A DNA stretch of 63,451 bases, the filler included, from Pelomyxa schiedti (lineage: Eukaryota; Protista; Evosea), in assembly GCA_020536535.1 (NCBI GenBank). It is 12 parts of 12 records of this genome, joined end to end, with 100 filler letters (N's around TTAATTAATTAA, not from the genome) between each part and the next. Parts side by side here need not be neighbours in the genome. Positions count along the whole stretch, not along the records: positions 1 to 20,815 come from JAHLWZ010000565.1; 11 more parts are not named here. The stretch is one strand, 5' to 3'. The notes under the pieces are model-generated. The model was not told where the DNA came from and made no database searches. It saw nothing but the letters and a program-made list of their open reading frames with translations. Of this stretch, positions 1-13,216 are shown piece by piece. Position numbers and translations under genes: made by a program. The first letter of the stretch is position 1. Every line of letters begins with the position of its first letter.

Positions 1-1532
1 TATATGCGACGTGCGCGGCGGCAATTTTGGCAATTGTGGGATACTGGCTGCTGGTGGGCAGGAAGAGGAGGAGGAGTGTTATTCCTGATGGTGATATAAA
101 TGGCAAATTGGCTGTGCTTGTGACAGGGTGCAGCTCAGGAATAGGCAGGGGTGTGGCAAGGGTCCTTGCTGCAAAAGGTTTGTCTCATTATTTCATTGAG
201 ATAATTATTGTTAATTTTATTTGAGAACCACTATGTTCAGGAATTCACCCTTTTTTTTTCCTTCTTCAGGGTTTGTGGTATTTGCAACCGTGAGGAAGGA
301 GGAGGATGCTAGGTCGCTCAGTGAAGAGTTTAATCAAAAAAAGCTTAGTGGAAGCCGTGGTGCTCTCGTGCCAATATGGCCTGTTGATCTCACTTCCACG
401 GAGTCCATCGATGCGATGGCAGAAAATGTCAAAGCGAAGTTGCTGGAATATCCTGGAGTGAAGTTGTACGGAATCATTCACAACGCTGGAGGATCGTGGC
501 TTGGACCATCAGGTTTTTCACAATTTCACTCCCGCTCCATTTTTCTCACGTTTGTGGGACAGAGTTCCTGCCAGGAGAGATCATGCGGAGGGAACTCGAA
601 GTGAGAATCATGGGTCCCATGAGGATAAACAAACTTTTGATGTCAGAACTTCGCCAGGTCCGCGGGACACTCCCCCAAGATTGCCATTAAATCTAACTGG
701 ATTGCAGTCAGAAGGCCGGATTTTGTGGATGGTGGCCGCAGGAATGATGACACTGCCTTTCATCACCGCCATTCACGCAAGCCTTTTTGCCGTCGACTGT
801 CTCTCAATGACTTACGATATCGAGTTGCAACCTGTATGGCCTTATATACACATCCATGTCAAATGAGATTTATAACCATCAACAACCACAGTGGGGAATC
901 AGAAGCATCAGAATCGGTTGTGGCACCATTGAGACCGGAGCATCTGACAAAGTCTACAATGACCTTAGAAATCTTGTTGAATCCAACTCGGCTGTAAAAA
1001 CTCTGTATGTAAATTATCTTGCGTCTTCAAAACCAAACACCCCCCGAATTAGCCCGCACTAATCACACACACACAGATATGGAGGAGTGATGGACAAGCT
1101 TCTGCGAACGTTGTCAGGGATTGACACAGGGCGAACACCATCGGAGGTTGTTGGGAACACAGTCGTGGAGGCACTCACGGAAACAAACCCGCGAGATTGC
1201 TACAGGGTGGGCAAGATGAGCACGATCATGCACCTGTTCGATTACATGCCATTCTGGCTCATCAAACCAATGCTGTCCCGCAACTACGGGATCATCCCGC
1301 ACAAACACTNNNNNNNNNNNNNNNNNNNNNNNNNNNNNNNNNNNNNNNNNNNNNNNNNNNNNNNNNNNNNNNNNNNNNNNNNNNNNNNNNNNNNNNNNNN
1401 NNNNNNNNNCCGCGAGATTGCTACAGGGTGGGCAAGATGAGCACGATCATGCACCTGTTCGATTACATGCCATTCTGGCTCATCAAACCAATGCTGTCCC
1501 GCAACTACGGGATCATCCCGCACAAACACTGA
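1..1532 (+). CDS. Short-chain dehydrogenase/reductase-like protein (17-beta-HSD/RDH-like) with N-terminal membrane anchor; 5' partial, multi-exon; catalytic residues substituted
   Basis: TGCSSGIG Rossmann motif, VFATVRK, VDLT, IHNAG and ELQP|WGIRSIRIGCG across GT-AG introns. The last exon is duplicated around the gap at 1310-1409. Stop TGA at 1530-1532. Confidence 0.85.
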
Positions 1533-1632
1533 ACACACCAGTTTTTGCACCCTCGTCCTCCTCGTCTGTTTCGGCTTCCGTGTCTGCCTCGTCGTCCACG
1601 CCGTCCAGCCGCACGCCCCCTCCTCCCGCGCA

Positions 1633-2445
1633 CATGCCAATTGCAGTTCATCCCTACTGTGCGGCGGACTTGTGGGATCGCATTGAACAACGCATGGTGC
1701 GTGGTTGTTGGCTTATTTTTTCTTTCTGATGTGTAATACAATTCAGAGGAGAGTGCAGGACGAGGAACAAAGGGGTTTCCTTATTGATGAACTGGGCTTT
1801 CCTGAAGCGGAACATTGACCCACGGGTGTTGGAACTCTCCATACCACTAGAAGACACAGTTACCCCCTTGTTTTTGTTTTGTTTCTCCTCATTTACTAAA
1901 GACAAGGAATTCTACAACTTCTGTGTTGGACCTGCAGCAAGGACAGCTTACAAGGCTTATGAAAATATCGAACTCAGGAGGAAACTGAGCGAGGCAGAGG
2001 AGTAAGCTTTGCTTCGCTTATGTTCTGTACTAACCTTCAAAGAGGAATCGCCGAAAGCGGCAAGCACAGCAGCTTATCCCCCCCAGCAGTGGAGGCAGTG
2101 ATGCAAAGGCAGGTTCCAGTGGAGAGCAGGCCGCTTCTTGGGGAGACGCTGTCGACAGGGTCAAACGCACCAACAGCAATGATAACGTCATCGGCAATGG
2201 AGACAACAGTAGAAACTGCCCACAGAGCAGCCACTACCGACAGGAAAATAGCCATTTGGGACCTGATGCTCGGGATAATTTTTGGAACCCTCACACCAGT
2301 TGGACTCATATATGCAATTATCTGTGGCACTCAGCAAGGGCGGTTCCAGCAGCAGCAACCATTCCAGGAACACATGAGCGACGTGATGCAGGAAATTCTT
2401 CAACTCCTCCAGGAGATATACAGGCAACAGCAACTCAATCTGTAG
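1633..2445 (+). CDS. Small hypothetical protein with C-terminal hydrophobic segment (spliced; 5' structure uncertain)
   Basis: ORF pieces 1784-2005 and 2020-2445 are joinable by short GT-AG introns. Hydrophobic stretch AIWDLMLGIIFGTLTPVGLIYAIIC and Q-rich tail. Confidence 0.4.
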
Positions 2446-2753
2446 TCCACCGCAAGACCTTCATTACCTCCGAGTGTTTTTTGCCTGTGTGAAATATGTA
2501 AGGCATAATGTGTGAGTTTTGTGGGATACCCCACCCAGTCACCAATCACATTCGAGGCAACCCCAACCTGGAACCAGATTCAGGACTCTATCTCGGTTCG
2601 TAGTCCTGCCGGGTAAGAACACATGGCTCAGCACCAAGCAGTTGTGGGATTTCCGGGCAGTAATGAAACATCCCGAGTCTGATCCACGTTTTTTATTTTT
2701 TGCAACCCTCCTTCTGGATCTGATCATCGGCGACGAACATTACGCAGTCGACG

Positions 2754-5700
2754 ATGTTTTCGACGCAAACAGGGCTGGGTGACGCCTCGCTCTCTTCACA
2801 ACAGTTCGTTTTCGATGAAGGCGACGACGACGGAACTAACAACGGCGGCGGGAACCCTGACGTTGCCGTTGTGGACCAGCGATATCAACAGCAGCAACAA
2901 ATTTTTGCTGCCACGCCGGCGGCGGCTCCCATAATGACAACAAACGAACCCATGACGATGGCCATGAGGCTGCAGCAACTGCACCTACAACAGCAACAAC
3001 AACACCACAACCAACAGCAACAACAGGCTATTAGCACTATTCCACCCCAACAACAGCAACAAATGAACCAACAACAACAACAAACACAGAAGGGCTCAAA
3101 GTCAAACGGAAATAATAAAGCGAGCCAACCTGCAAACAAATCTGCTAATGCGAATACTTCTCCTACTTCTAATTCAGGCCCTCAAATCAATAGCCCCACA
3201 ACACCCCCAAAAAATAGAGTACCACAGCAAGTATGGAAGACCACCATTTCTTTAATGCCTTAACCTTTTATTAAGGGAACACAGAGTCAATCCCCTGCTA
3301 CCTCTCCACCAATGTCACCACAACTCTCTGCTCAACTTCAGATGCCAGGACTACCTCTTGTCTGCCCGTCTATTCAGACTCAGAGCTCCCAACAAACACA
3401 GAGTAGCCAAGGTGGCCAGAGTCAACCTTCCATGCCATCTCCTGCCATTGGGGCGCTGGGGATGATGATGACGCAAACTGGTTCTAATTCGCAATATGGT
3501 TCCATGATGCTCACACAAGCCGGCGGAGCAAGCCAGACAGCCACCTTACCTTTGAACCCTGGTTATGCACACACATCAACTGGCATGGGAAAGGGAACTG
3601 CCAATCCATTTGCATTCCCAGGAATGATGATGACTCAAGTAGGTGGGGTTGGTGTCACGCAGCCTTGGAGCCAAGAGGAGTATGAAGACCCATCAAGGTA
3701 GATACCTTCGCGAATGCTTTTCTTTAACGATTTAAGGTCGAGTACTAGAACTCCAGTCTACGAGAGTCTTTTACCACCACCTGACCTAAAATTTGAAGAT
3801 ACTTTCGATGAAGGCAATGGTGAAGTGAATATGGACGAGCTCCCACCACATGCCTGCCAGTTCGTTTCTTCGTCACACAAACACGTTCCTTCTTTTTTTT
3901 TTTAACATCCCTAAAGGTACTGTGGCGTTCGTAACCCGGCTTGTGTTGTTCAGTGTCTTGATGCGCATTGCAGGAAATGGTTTTGCAATTCCCGAGGAAA
4001 TACATCTGCATCTCATATAATTAACCACCTTGTGCGAGCAAAACACAAAGAGGTATATTATTTCTTATTTCGCACCTATGGTCACAGACATCTAGGTTGC
4101 ATTACACGCGGAATCCCCACTGGGTGATACAGTTTTAGAGTGTTATAACTGTGGGTGTAGAAATGTATTCTCCTCTCCGTTTAAAAACTATTGCCCTTAC
4201 ATAGGTAGGTGTTTCTTCTGGGATTCATCCCCGCTAAAACTGGATCTGTAGTTGTTCTCTTGTGCAGGTATTGTGCATTGAAAATTCAATTGGGAAAAAT
4301 CACTAACCCTTTTCCAAAAGGGAACCCTGTGCCAGTTCTTCACTTCAAAAAGACACGTCATGGGACTTGGACCACTGGTTGCCACTTATTGATGACAGGT
4401 TTGCCCCGGATTTATGTAACACCATCTCATCCCGTACAGGTGCTTTTTGTCCTGGCTTGTTAAGGTTCCTGATGACAGTGACTTGATAGGATCACGAAGG
4501 ATAACAGCACCCCAGATTAACAAATTAGAAGTACACACATCCAATAAGACAGGCACGTGGTACTAAAGAATAAACAGGAACTTTGGAAAGGAAACCCAGA
4601 AGCAAAAGTTCAGGACCTCGAACATCAGGTGGAGTCCGAAGAACTGCAACCTGTTTTGTTGCGATATGAGGAAGCTTATCAAGTTTACCCCATAAACAAT
4701 CATCGATTCCATTTAATTTTCTTTAGTACCGAGATATCTTCGGTCCTCTTGTACTTCTTGAAGCTGAGTGTGATAAGAAGCTGAAGGAGAGCCAAACAAC
4801 TGATAATATCACTGTAAGATGGGATATGGGTCTCAACAAGAAACGGGTGGCCTACTTTGTGTACCCGAAGCAAGATAATGAGCTCCGGTTGGTACCTGGA
4901 GATGAATTGAGACTGCGTCATGGAATTTGGCAGTGTGTAGGTCATGTCGTAAAATTGTTACCGGTATGTTGTTTTGTTCTGGTTGTACCAAATCTGAGGT
5001 TACCACAGAACGAAGAAGTTGCCCTGGAGCTGAGAAGCAACCATGGTGTTCCTCTTGAGTTACAGCACAACTACAGTGTTGACTTCGTCTGGAAATCGAC
5101 ATCTTTTGATCGAATGCAAACAGCATTGAAGAAGTTTGCATATGACGAATCCACTGTTAGCAACCACCTCTACCATGTCTTGTTGGGTCACTTGACACCT
5201 GAGCAACTTGAAGCACATGTTGCTGCTCTAAATGCCCAACCTCAAAATGCAACCAAATTGCCAAAGAGAATCAGTGTAACAGGTATAGTGTTTGATACAT
5301 CTCCACCTTAGTTTAAAGTTTCCTCAGGACTTCCCGAGTTGAATCAAAGCCAGGTACCTTATCTTTCTTGTATTCCCTCAGTATGGCTCATTTGGTTAGG
5401 TCTACGCAGTAAAATGCACGCTACAGAGACCTCTCACTCTTATCCAAGGGCCACCCGGCACAGGTAAGACTGTGACATCTGCTTCCATTGTGTACCATCT
5501 TGTAAAACTTAAGCCGGGTTCTCAGGTTTCATTGCGATATCTCCTAACTCTCTAGCTAAGAAATGTAGGTGTTGGTGTGCGCACCAAGTAATGTTGCTGT
5601 TGATCAGTTGACCGAAAAGATACATGCAGCAGGGTTGAAGGTTGTCAGATTGTGTGCCAAAAGCAGAGAAGCAGTGAGTTCTCCTGTACTTTTCCTCACC

Positions 5701-7837
5701 CTGCACCACCAAGTAAGAGTAAACCAAATTGGAGTTTCATTAACAAGCCCAGATCAAACAACTCAATGCTCCTGAATACGCAGAGCTTGCTAAGCTGCAA
5801 CAGCTGAAAGATGACACTGGAGAACTCACATCCATCGATGAAAAGAAATACAAACAACTGAAACGCAATGCCGAGAAGGAAATATTGCGCTGTGCTGATG
5901 TTGTATGTTGCACAGCAGTTGGTGCAGGTGACCCACGCCTCTCTTCAATGCGTTTCACACGTGTACTGGTGGACGAGTCCACACAAGCAACTGAGCCGGA
6001 ATGCCTCATCCCTCTTGTCATGGGTGCTAAGCAGGTGGTATTAGTTGGGGATCACTGCCAACTGGGACCTGTAATTATGTATGCATGCGGCGTAAAGATT
6101 ATTGTTTCTTACGTATGGAAAGGTGTAAAAAAGCTGCCAATGCTGGACTTGCCCAGTCCTTATTTGAACGACTTGTATTGTTGGGTGTAAGACCACTTAG
6201 GTTGCAAGTCCAGTATCGAATGCACCCATGTCTCAGCGAATTCCCAAGCAATACATTCTACGAGGGCACGTTACAGAACGGTGTTACAGTGAATGAGAGA
6301 GTTCCAGTGCCACTTATTCAATTTCCATGGCCGCAACCTAACAAACCAATGTTCTTTTACAATTGTGTGGGTCAAGAAGAAATTAGTGCTTCAGGTTGCT
6401 TCAACAGCCCTTTAAAAGTCATTTAATTATTTTGTAGGTACCTCCTTCCTTAATAGGGCAGAAGCAGCTTTTTGTGAGAAAGTAGTAACCACTTTCTTAC
6501 GCGTTGGCGTAACACCAGAACAAATTGGTATTATTACCCCTTATGAAGGACAAAGAGCCTACATTGTGAGCAGTATGCAGAGAAATGGTGCATTGCGCAC
6601 ACAATTGTATCAGGTAGGATCCACACCCTCCCGAACGAAACTAAAGTAACGCCTATTAAAGGATGTGGAGGTGGCAAGTGTTGACTCATTTCAAGGGCGA
6701 GAGAAAGATTATATCATTCTTACCTGTGTCCGTTCCAATGAGCACCAGGGAATTGGTTTTCTGAACGACCCTCGCCGCCTTAATGTTGCCCTCACGAGAG
6801 CAAAATACGNNNNNNNNNNNNNNNNNNNNNNNNNNNNNNNNNNNNNNNNNNNNNNNNNNNNNNNNNNNNNNNNNNNNNNNNNNNNNNNNNNNNNNNNNNN
6901 NNNNNNNNNTTTCAAGGGCGAGAGAAAGATTATATCATTCTTACCTGTGTCCGTTCCAATGAGCACCAGGGAATTGGTTTTCTGAACGACCCTCGCCGCC
7001 TTAATGTTGCCCTCACGAGAGCAAAATACGGTCTGGTCATTCTTGGGTAAGTTACTCCTGTTATGAGTAAGTGAAGCCAACTTCTCCACAGAAATCCAAA
7101 AGTACTTTCTCGGCAACCTTTGTGGAACAACCTTCTATGTCATTTCAAAACAGAAGAATGCCTGGTTGAGGGTCCCCTGAACAATCTCAAACCTAGCATG
7201 ATTCAGTTCAGTAAACCAGTTAAATTTACACCCGTACGAAGGCTGGACCCAAGCAATTATAAAGATGGAATGTACGTGCCTCCCCCGCCACCATCACCAG
7301 CGAACATGGGCCCCCAACCGTCTTTCCCCGCTAAGGGAGGAAGGAGGCGGACAAGTAAAGTTGGATTTGGTGATGCAACAGTTGTACAGCCACTCACAGC
7401 CGCAGCTCCGCATCTGTATATGATCAATACTCAGAGCAGTCAGAGTTATGAATTAGGCCCGGAGACACTACTGAATATGAGCACACAGGTTCAGAGTCAA
7501 CCCATGAGCCAACCGCTATCCCAGGAGGAACCAATCGAGTTTGTGGGGCAAGTCCCCAGTGGCAGAGGAGCAAAACTGGCTACACAAACAAGAACTGCCT
7601 CACCAACCACAAAAGGCACTGCAAGAACCTCGTCATCAACCGTGACTACCGGTGCACCTCTATCCACTTCACCACTTCTTCCCATTCCCCCGGTTCCTAC
7701 CTCAGCAACCTCTATGATGCAAAGCCAGGTATTTTCATCCCACATAAGGAATTCCCCTCACCAACAAACAGATTTCCTCGCAAGTTGGTGCCACACAATC
7801 GGAACAAGAATTTGAATTCGTAGGAGAAGATGAGTAG
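2754..7837 (+). CDS. UPF1: Regulator of nonsense transcripts 1 (UPF1), SF1 RNA helicase with CH zinc domain
   Basis: LPPHAC|[102 protein letters not shown]. More than 20 short introns. Spliced end ...EFVGEDE* at TAG 7835-7837. Confidence 0.97.
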
Positions 7838-8418
7838 AATACTCTTCCGCAAAACAGAAAGACGAGTTCCTATCTCGATCCGGAGATAAAACTCCAATAC
7901 TAGTGCACTACCGGCGATGGTTGGTTACTATGTAATCCGTACCTCTACAAGCTGCAAATTGAGTACAGAAGAAACACTGCAAATCAAAAGACCTGTGGAC
8001 GGTGAAGGGACAGAGACTGGTACAAACAGAGGAAACCACTGCCTTCTCTCCCTTTACATGTTCACTCTTCTTTTCTTTCCCTCTGTCACCTCAGCACTAG
8101 TGCCAAAAAGAAATCCTCTTCTTTTTTTCGCATTTCGCTAACCGGTCAAAATTTCGGCCAACAATGTGCTGTGGGTGATTCCCAAAAAAAAAAAAAGGCA
8201 TAGTGACATTCAGTATGGTTACAGAGGTGGTTTGGTGTGAATATGTGTTATAACTTGCCGAGTTTTTTCGCTTTAAGTGATGCTTTTGCAACGGCTTTGG
8301 CGTCGGCTTTGAACAGAGACTGAGGAAGGTTAGGGGGCTAGGAAGGGAAGCCAGAACAACAAACCTTCGCCGCTTTTTCTGCTGCCGGCCCGATATCACT
8401 CTCTTTACTTAGGGGGTG

Positions 8419-11400
8419 TTAGTGCCGGTGAGGAGGTGGGTTGGCATACGGTGTTTTCTGTGACTCTACGAGAAGGCTTTGGTCGTAAGCCGCATCAGGG
8501 TTTGGCAGTGCAACTGATTGCTGTTTGATAATCCAAGCCTGTACCTCGGGAAGCGGTGTGTACGGCGGCCGCTCAAGTTGGAATTGGCCCAGGGTTCTGT
8601 CTGAAAGTTACTTGTTCGGAACAGGAACTGAGGTTAACATACGCAATTATCTTCGAGCAATTTCGGTATTTCACGAAATTAATCAGTTCAGTGGAGGGAA
8701 TCAGGGAAGGATTTCCATCGGAGGCAAAAGTGATGTCCTTCAGTCCCACACCTGCCAAAGATGAGAGAAAAGCCAAAGGCATTCTGTCAATTTTGGAAAG
8801 AACCTAAATACGGAACGCAAGGAGGAACGGAACATTTTAGCATTTCTCTGTACGGTGTGAAATTGTTTGCCGTGGCAAATAGATCACAATGTTTCTCAAA
8901 TAGCTCCATTGATGATGCTGGAACCAACTTGTAGTACAAACCAACGAAGTAAGAGCGAAATGTTGCACAGATCACTGTGTACCTTCCAAGAAGCTTTCAA
9001 TCGGTGAATGGCAGAGTCTTGCAACGCCAAAGATATCTCCATAGCAGCATTATAATTCCGCATCTGGTGTGATGCCTGAAAATGGCTGTTAAGAAGGATT
9101 AGGATACTCCAGTGCGAATAACCTCAGTTGCCAGAATGAATCTATGAATAATTAATGCTCGAAGTGGTGCCGTTTCTCCACTCAGAATTTCCGTTAACAC
9201 CCACGTCGTTCTCTGCCGGTACATTTAAAAAAAAAAAAAAAAAACCCATTATTTTGATACCTTGTTTGTCTCTTCAATCATTCGTGTTATATTTGGTGCC
9301 TCTTTCTCCTTTAGAGCGGGTTTATTCCAAGCTTGTTTTATGAACTCTGCAGAGAACGTTGATGATTATCTACGAACATGGGTATTATTATTAGTTATGG
9401 CACCTTTGGGGTGAATATGGGAAAAAGTCTCCCACTCCATTAACATAATTTGCCTTGCCAGTTCCTCGGGATGTACGTCCAGCAGACTAGTTGGAGCCGC
9501 CATTGCGGAAAGATAAATAACTGGGGGAACACGTTCCTCGTGTTGTCTTTCTAATTCACCACTCATTTTTTGTTTTTGCTTTTTTTTAGAGTCTGTTAGA
9601 GCAAATCAAATGGAGCAACTGTTTAGTTCACCAGTAGTTGGATCGATTTCAAGACATTACTGGCGGCTGGGCAGGAAGTACTTAAAGAATTGAGGAGCTC
9701 TACCATCTTGGTTATCATCTCTTCATCATAGAATGCTCCTGAACTGTACAATTTTGTCCAGTATTTGAGTGTGCTAACAACCCTAGTAATAACCGCAACC
9801 CATAAGACAACTTCATGACATATGTGTGCTCAATACCTGAGGCGAACTAGTCTCCTAACTTCCGTGAAAGAAGAGAAGTCCATTGAAACAGGTCGTCTCA
9901 TGTAAAACCTGAGAAATGAAATGACTGCTTGAGATTTTTGCCATGAGAAGAGGTGAACAACCTGGCTGCAAGAATATCCAGTAACTTTGGACCGGTAAGA
10001 AATACATGATACGAAATTAGAAAGGCTTGCATGAAATCAAGATCTGACAGGCAACAAGGTAAGAAAGAGAGAATGGGGGAAAAAAAAGTTAGAAGACCAT
10101 TTTCGGAAGGGTGAGTCAGGTACTGAACCAATTTATATATATTCCCACCTCTGATGCTGTATTTCCCGTCGGGTTGGGGTAACCACATGACATTAGAGTC
10201 ACTGTCTGGCTCTTCGAAGCCAGTATGATATTCTACAAACTGGGTGTAATAATCGGGATTATCTGCGGGGTCAGGAAGGAAGACCTTTCAAGTTGTTAAA
10301 TGATCTGCAATAATAAATAATAGGTTGTCTCTAACCACGGGAGGAAGGCTCGCAGTTTCTTCTGATGGTTGTGGAGCCATTGAAAGCAATGGAGGAGTGC
10401 CCTTCTTCAAGTTTCGTCAATTACAAATATAATTGCAAAAGGAAATGACACATTCGATTGCACGGGTACAGTCACCGTTGCTGCTTGGCTTGGGCTGGAA
10501 CCCTGGATAACAGTACTGGTGCAACCTAGAGAGTCATTCAAATTCAGCGCGGGAGTCCGAGAATGCTCGACAAGAATCGCGTCCGCTACTGGAGAGTTCA
10601 TAGGGGAGGTTGTATTGGTGGATGACTTGCGTTTCAGATGAGTTGGAGGGGTCATAACTGTTACCGCCGGGACGGATGCAGATAATATTGATGAACTTGG
10701 AGGGGTCATTCCAGTTGTGCTATCCTCGGAGGCAGTAGAATGGCGCCGTTTATCAAGAATATGAAGGAAAGAAGAGTGTCTTGTGAGTTCTTCGTCTCGC
10801 AACGGGGGTGTCTTTTCTACCGTTGCGAGCGTTAATTGTGGTGTTGTTGAAAGGGAGTCTGCTCCTTCAGCTGCGGAGTCACTTACATTCTGTAACCGTG
10901 TTATCGCTGAAGGAGAAAGGACAACTTACGCCTTCATTCGACAGCGAGTCCCCAACATCAACAGAAGAGGTCCCAGTAGCAGAGTGTGACGGGGATGTCG
11001 TGCGGCAGAGCAGGTGAGGGGTACTGACAGAATGCGGGAGTTTATTTGGAGTCTGTGGAGGGGAAATGACTACACCTAGCTTACTATAAACTTGAGGCAC
11101 AAATGAAAGAGAGTACCTTTTGTTTTAACTAAAACGGAATCAAACGTTTTCATCCACTTTGAACACTGTTCGGCGGAACTGCACTTATATCTAAAGTTCT
11201 CAGTAAGGAGAAAAGGAGAAAAAGGAATTACTTGTGATTCGCTCCTTGGTACTTAATAATAAAAACTTTGGAGTTCGAGTCTTGCGCAACTTGCACTTCA
11301 GAAAGTGGCATTACCAACTGCGGCTTTTTGTCCTTGTCCTTTGGTGTGTGGGTGAGGTTTTTTTGATGTTGTGCCGCATACTTCTGGATCGTCATATATT

Positions 11401-11616
11401 ATTACATACGACGTGTGCAAGGAGCACCACTTGGTCGACAGCATCCCGAAGGAAGACTGCTTGTACAGTGTCCCAGCCATCAAAACCTAACAAAAAAAAA
11501 TGCTCTGACGGTGCCTCAACGCAAAAAACCTGACTACATACCTTGCCAACTTGTGACAAAATGTCCGCCTTTTCAGGCGCCGCCGTCGGTTCTGCCTCAG
11601 GCTGTTGACTAGCCAT
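8419..11616 (-). CDS. PH domain + RasGEF_N/CDC25 Ras guanine nucleotide exchange factor
   Basis: N-terminal PH-like MAGTLYKQSSFGMLSTKW; REM IRGGNIYKLVQYLT...DFMQAFLISY; CDC25 HPEELARQIMLME, PPCVPYL, LINFVKY, YDQSLLVE. The 3' end may extend by one more exon. Confidence 0.9.
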
Positions 11617-12047
11617 GCCGTGTACCGAGAGGAATTGTGTTGTTCTCTCCCTGTGTCGTCTTTTGTCGTCTTTTCTTCGCACTCACTTCGGCACCGCACA
11701 CGCGCGCAGGCGTCGCCTTTCGCGGTTGTTTTTGGTTTTTTTTGTGCTCTCGTGTTCCGTTTCCGTTTTCTTTCTCGTGGGGAAAGTGACATTTCAATTA
11801 AATTTTTGTTGTGGGACTTCGCGTATCCGGGATCTGTAAATGGCCTGAGTTGAAGATGATTGAGTTGATGAGGGCCTCAAAATGGAGGTGAAGCTCAACA
11901 CATCACACCAAAGTGGCTTGAATGTATTGCAAGTGTGTTGTCGGTGTTGCATGTGTACATCAATGTTGTTGTGGGGTGGTTGTGTGATTGATTGATTGAT
12001 GCGTTGATGTGTTACTTAGGGTGATGATTGGGGCAAATTGGATCAAA

Positions 12048-13216
12048 CTAGCAGCAATCACTGTTGGTGGAATGAGAGGCTTCTGGGGAGGACGTGTCGA
12101 TTGATACAGAGGGTTGGTGGGAGTGTTGTGGAGAGTGGAGAATGATTTCTGTGTCTTCTAGGTTGACTGGCGTCAATGTTCTGTTAAGAAATGAGTTGTT
12201 TGGTTCATGGTGTGTGGGAGGGTATGTACGGATATAATAGTTCTGATTCAGAATCTTGACACTTGAGAGCTCGGCGTGCCACGCACTCAAATGCCTCACG
12301 AACATTGGTTGCTTCTTTGGCACTTGTCTTGTAAAGTGAGGTCTGGAAAGGGGGTGGTCATTTATACCTCAATAAAGGGAATATCCCCTTTAGATGTGCA
12401 CCATTCCTCAGCAGTTTTTACAGTTATCTTTGGTCATTTGAGAAATTTGTTCTTACTATTAACAGCTCATAATCCAATGGAAAGCGTAATGTGAAAAGGA
12501 AAAACACACCAACCGCTGTTCGGTAAGGTCGGTCTTATTCCCAATAAGCACAAAAGGAAATGTTTCTGGATTTTCCGGCTCACATTGGCTTATGAATGAG
12601 CTGTGCCAATGGTCAAGGTTTTCAAAACTTCGTTGAACGTTCACGTCAAACACGAGGCAGCAGCAATCGGAACCTGAAGTACTTCAGTTCCGTTATCAAC
12701 ACAAGAAATACCTCGAAAAAAGGTAGAACCAAGACTTTGAAACCGTTCCTGACCAGCTGTGTCCCACACCTTAGGTTGTGGTGAACAGTTTCTCATTACC
12801 ATAAATGTAATACCTGGAGAATGCATGTTTGCTCATCGACTACTATTTCCTGCACGGAAAACACAATTTGAGAAGGTTTTTAAGAGTTTATTTACTTGGG
12901 TGTCTACCTTAGAGTGGAAGTCAGCACCAATTGTAGCTTTGTACACTGTAACGAAATGGTCATCCACAAACCTGCATAATTTCGCGTACTCAGTAATTCC
13001 TCACAACATTGGTTCGTTTTTACCGAGTTATCAGTGCCGTTTTCCCAACTCTAACATTGACATATTGTTTAACCGATTTGTGCCACTGAAAAGGGGGAAA
13101 AAAAAAGAGAGAAGACAACGATACCCAGGATCTCCTAGGAGTATTACTTTGAGTAATGGGCGTCTGAACCTGCCTGTTTTTGGCGTAGGTGTGCCGGGTC
13201 CCCTCTCGGACGACAT
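12048..13216 (-). CDS. RAB7: Rab7-like small GTPase
   Basis: [11 protein letters not shown]|[39 protein letters not shown]-terminal DCC* prenylation motif. Includes a 27-nt micro-exon. Confidence 0.9.

Noticed and set aside
1189-1530. ~120-bp direct repeats flanking 100-N gaps (also about 6690-7029, 38671-39012, 40975-41316 and 46409-46749)
   Set aside because: Identical copies of uniform length on either side of scaffold gaps, inside conserved genes. These are assembler overlap artefacts, not exon duplications.
2519-2700. Hairpin CAGGACT/AGTCCTG and CTGA plus T-run upstream of UPF1, as a possible snoRNA
   Set aside because: No canonical box C and only short stems; more likely promoter or UTR.
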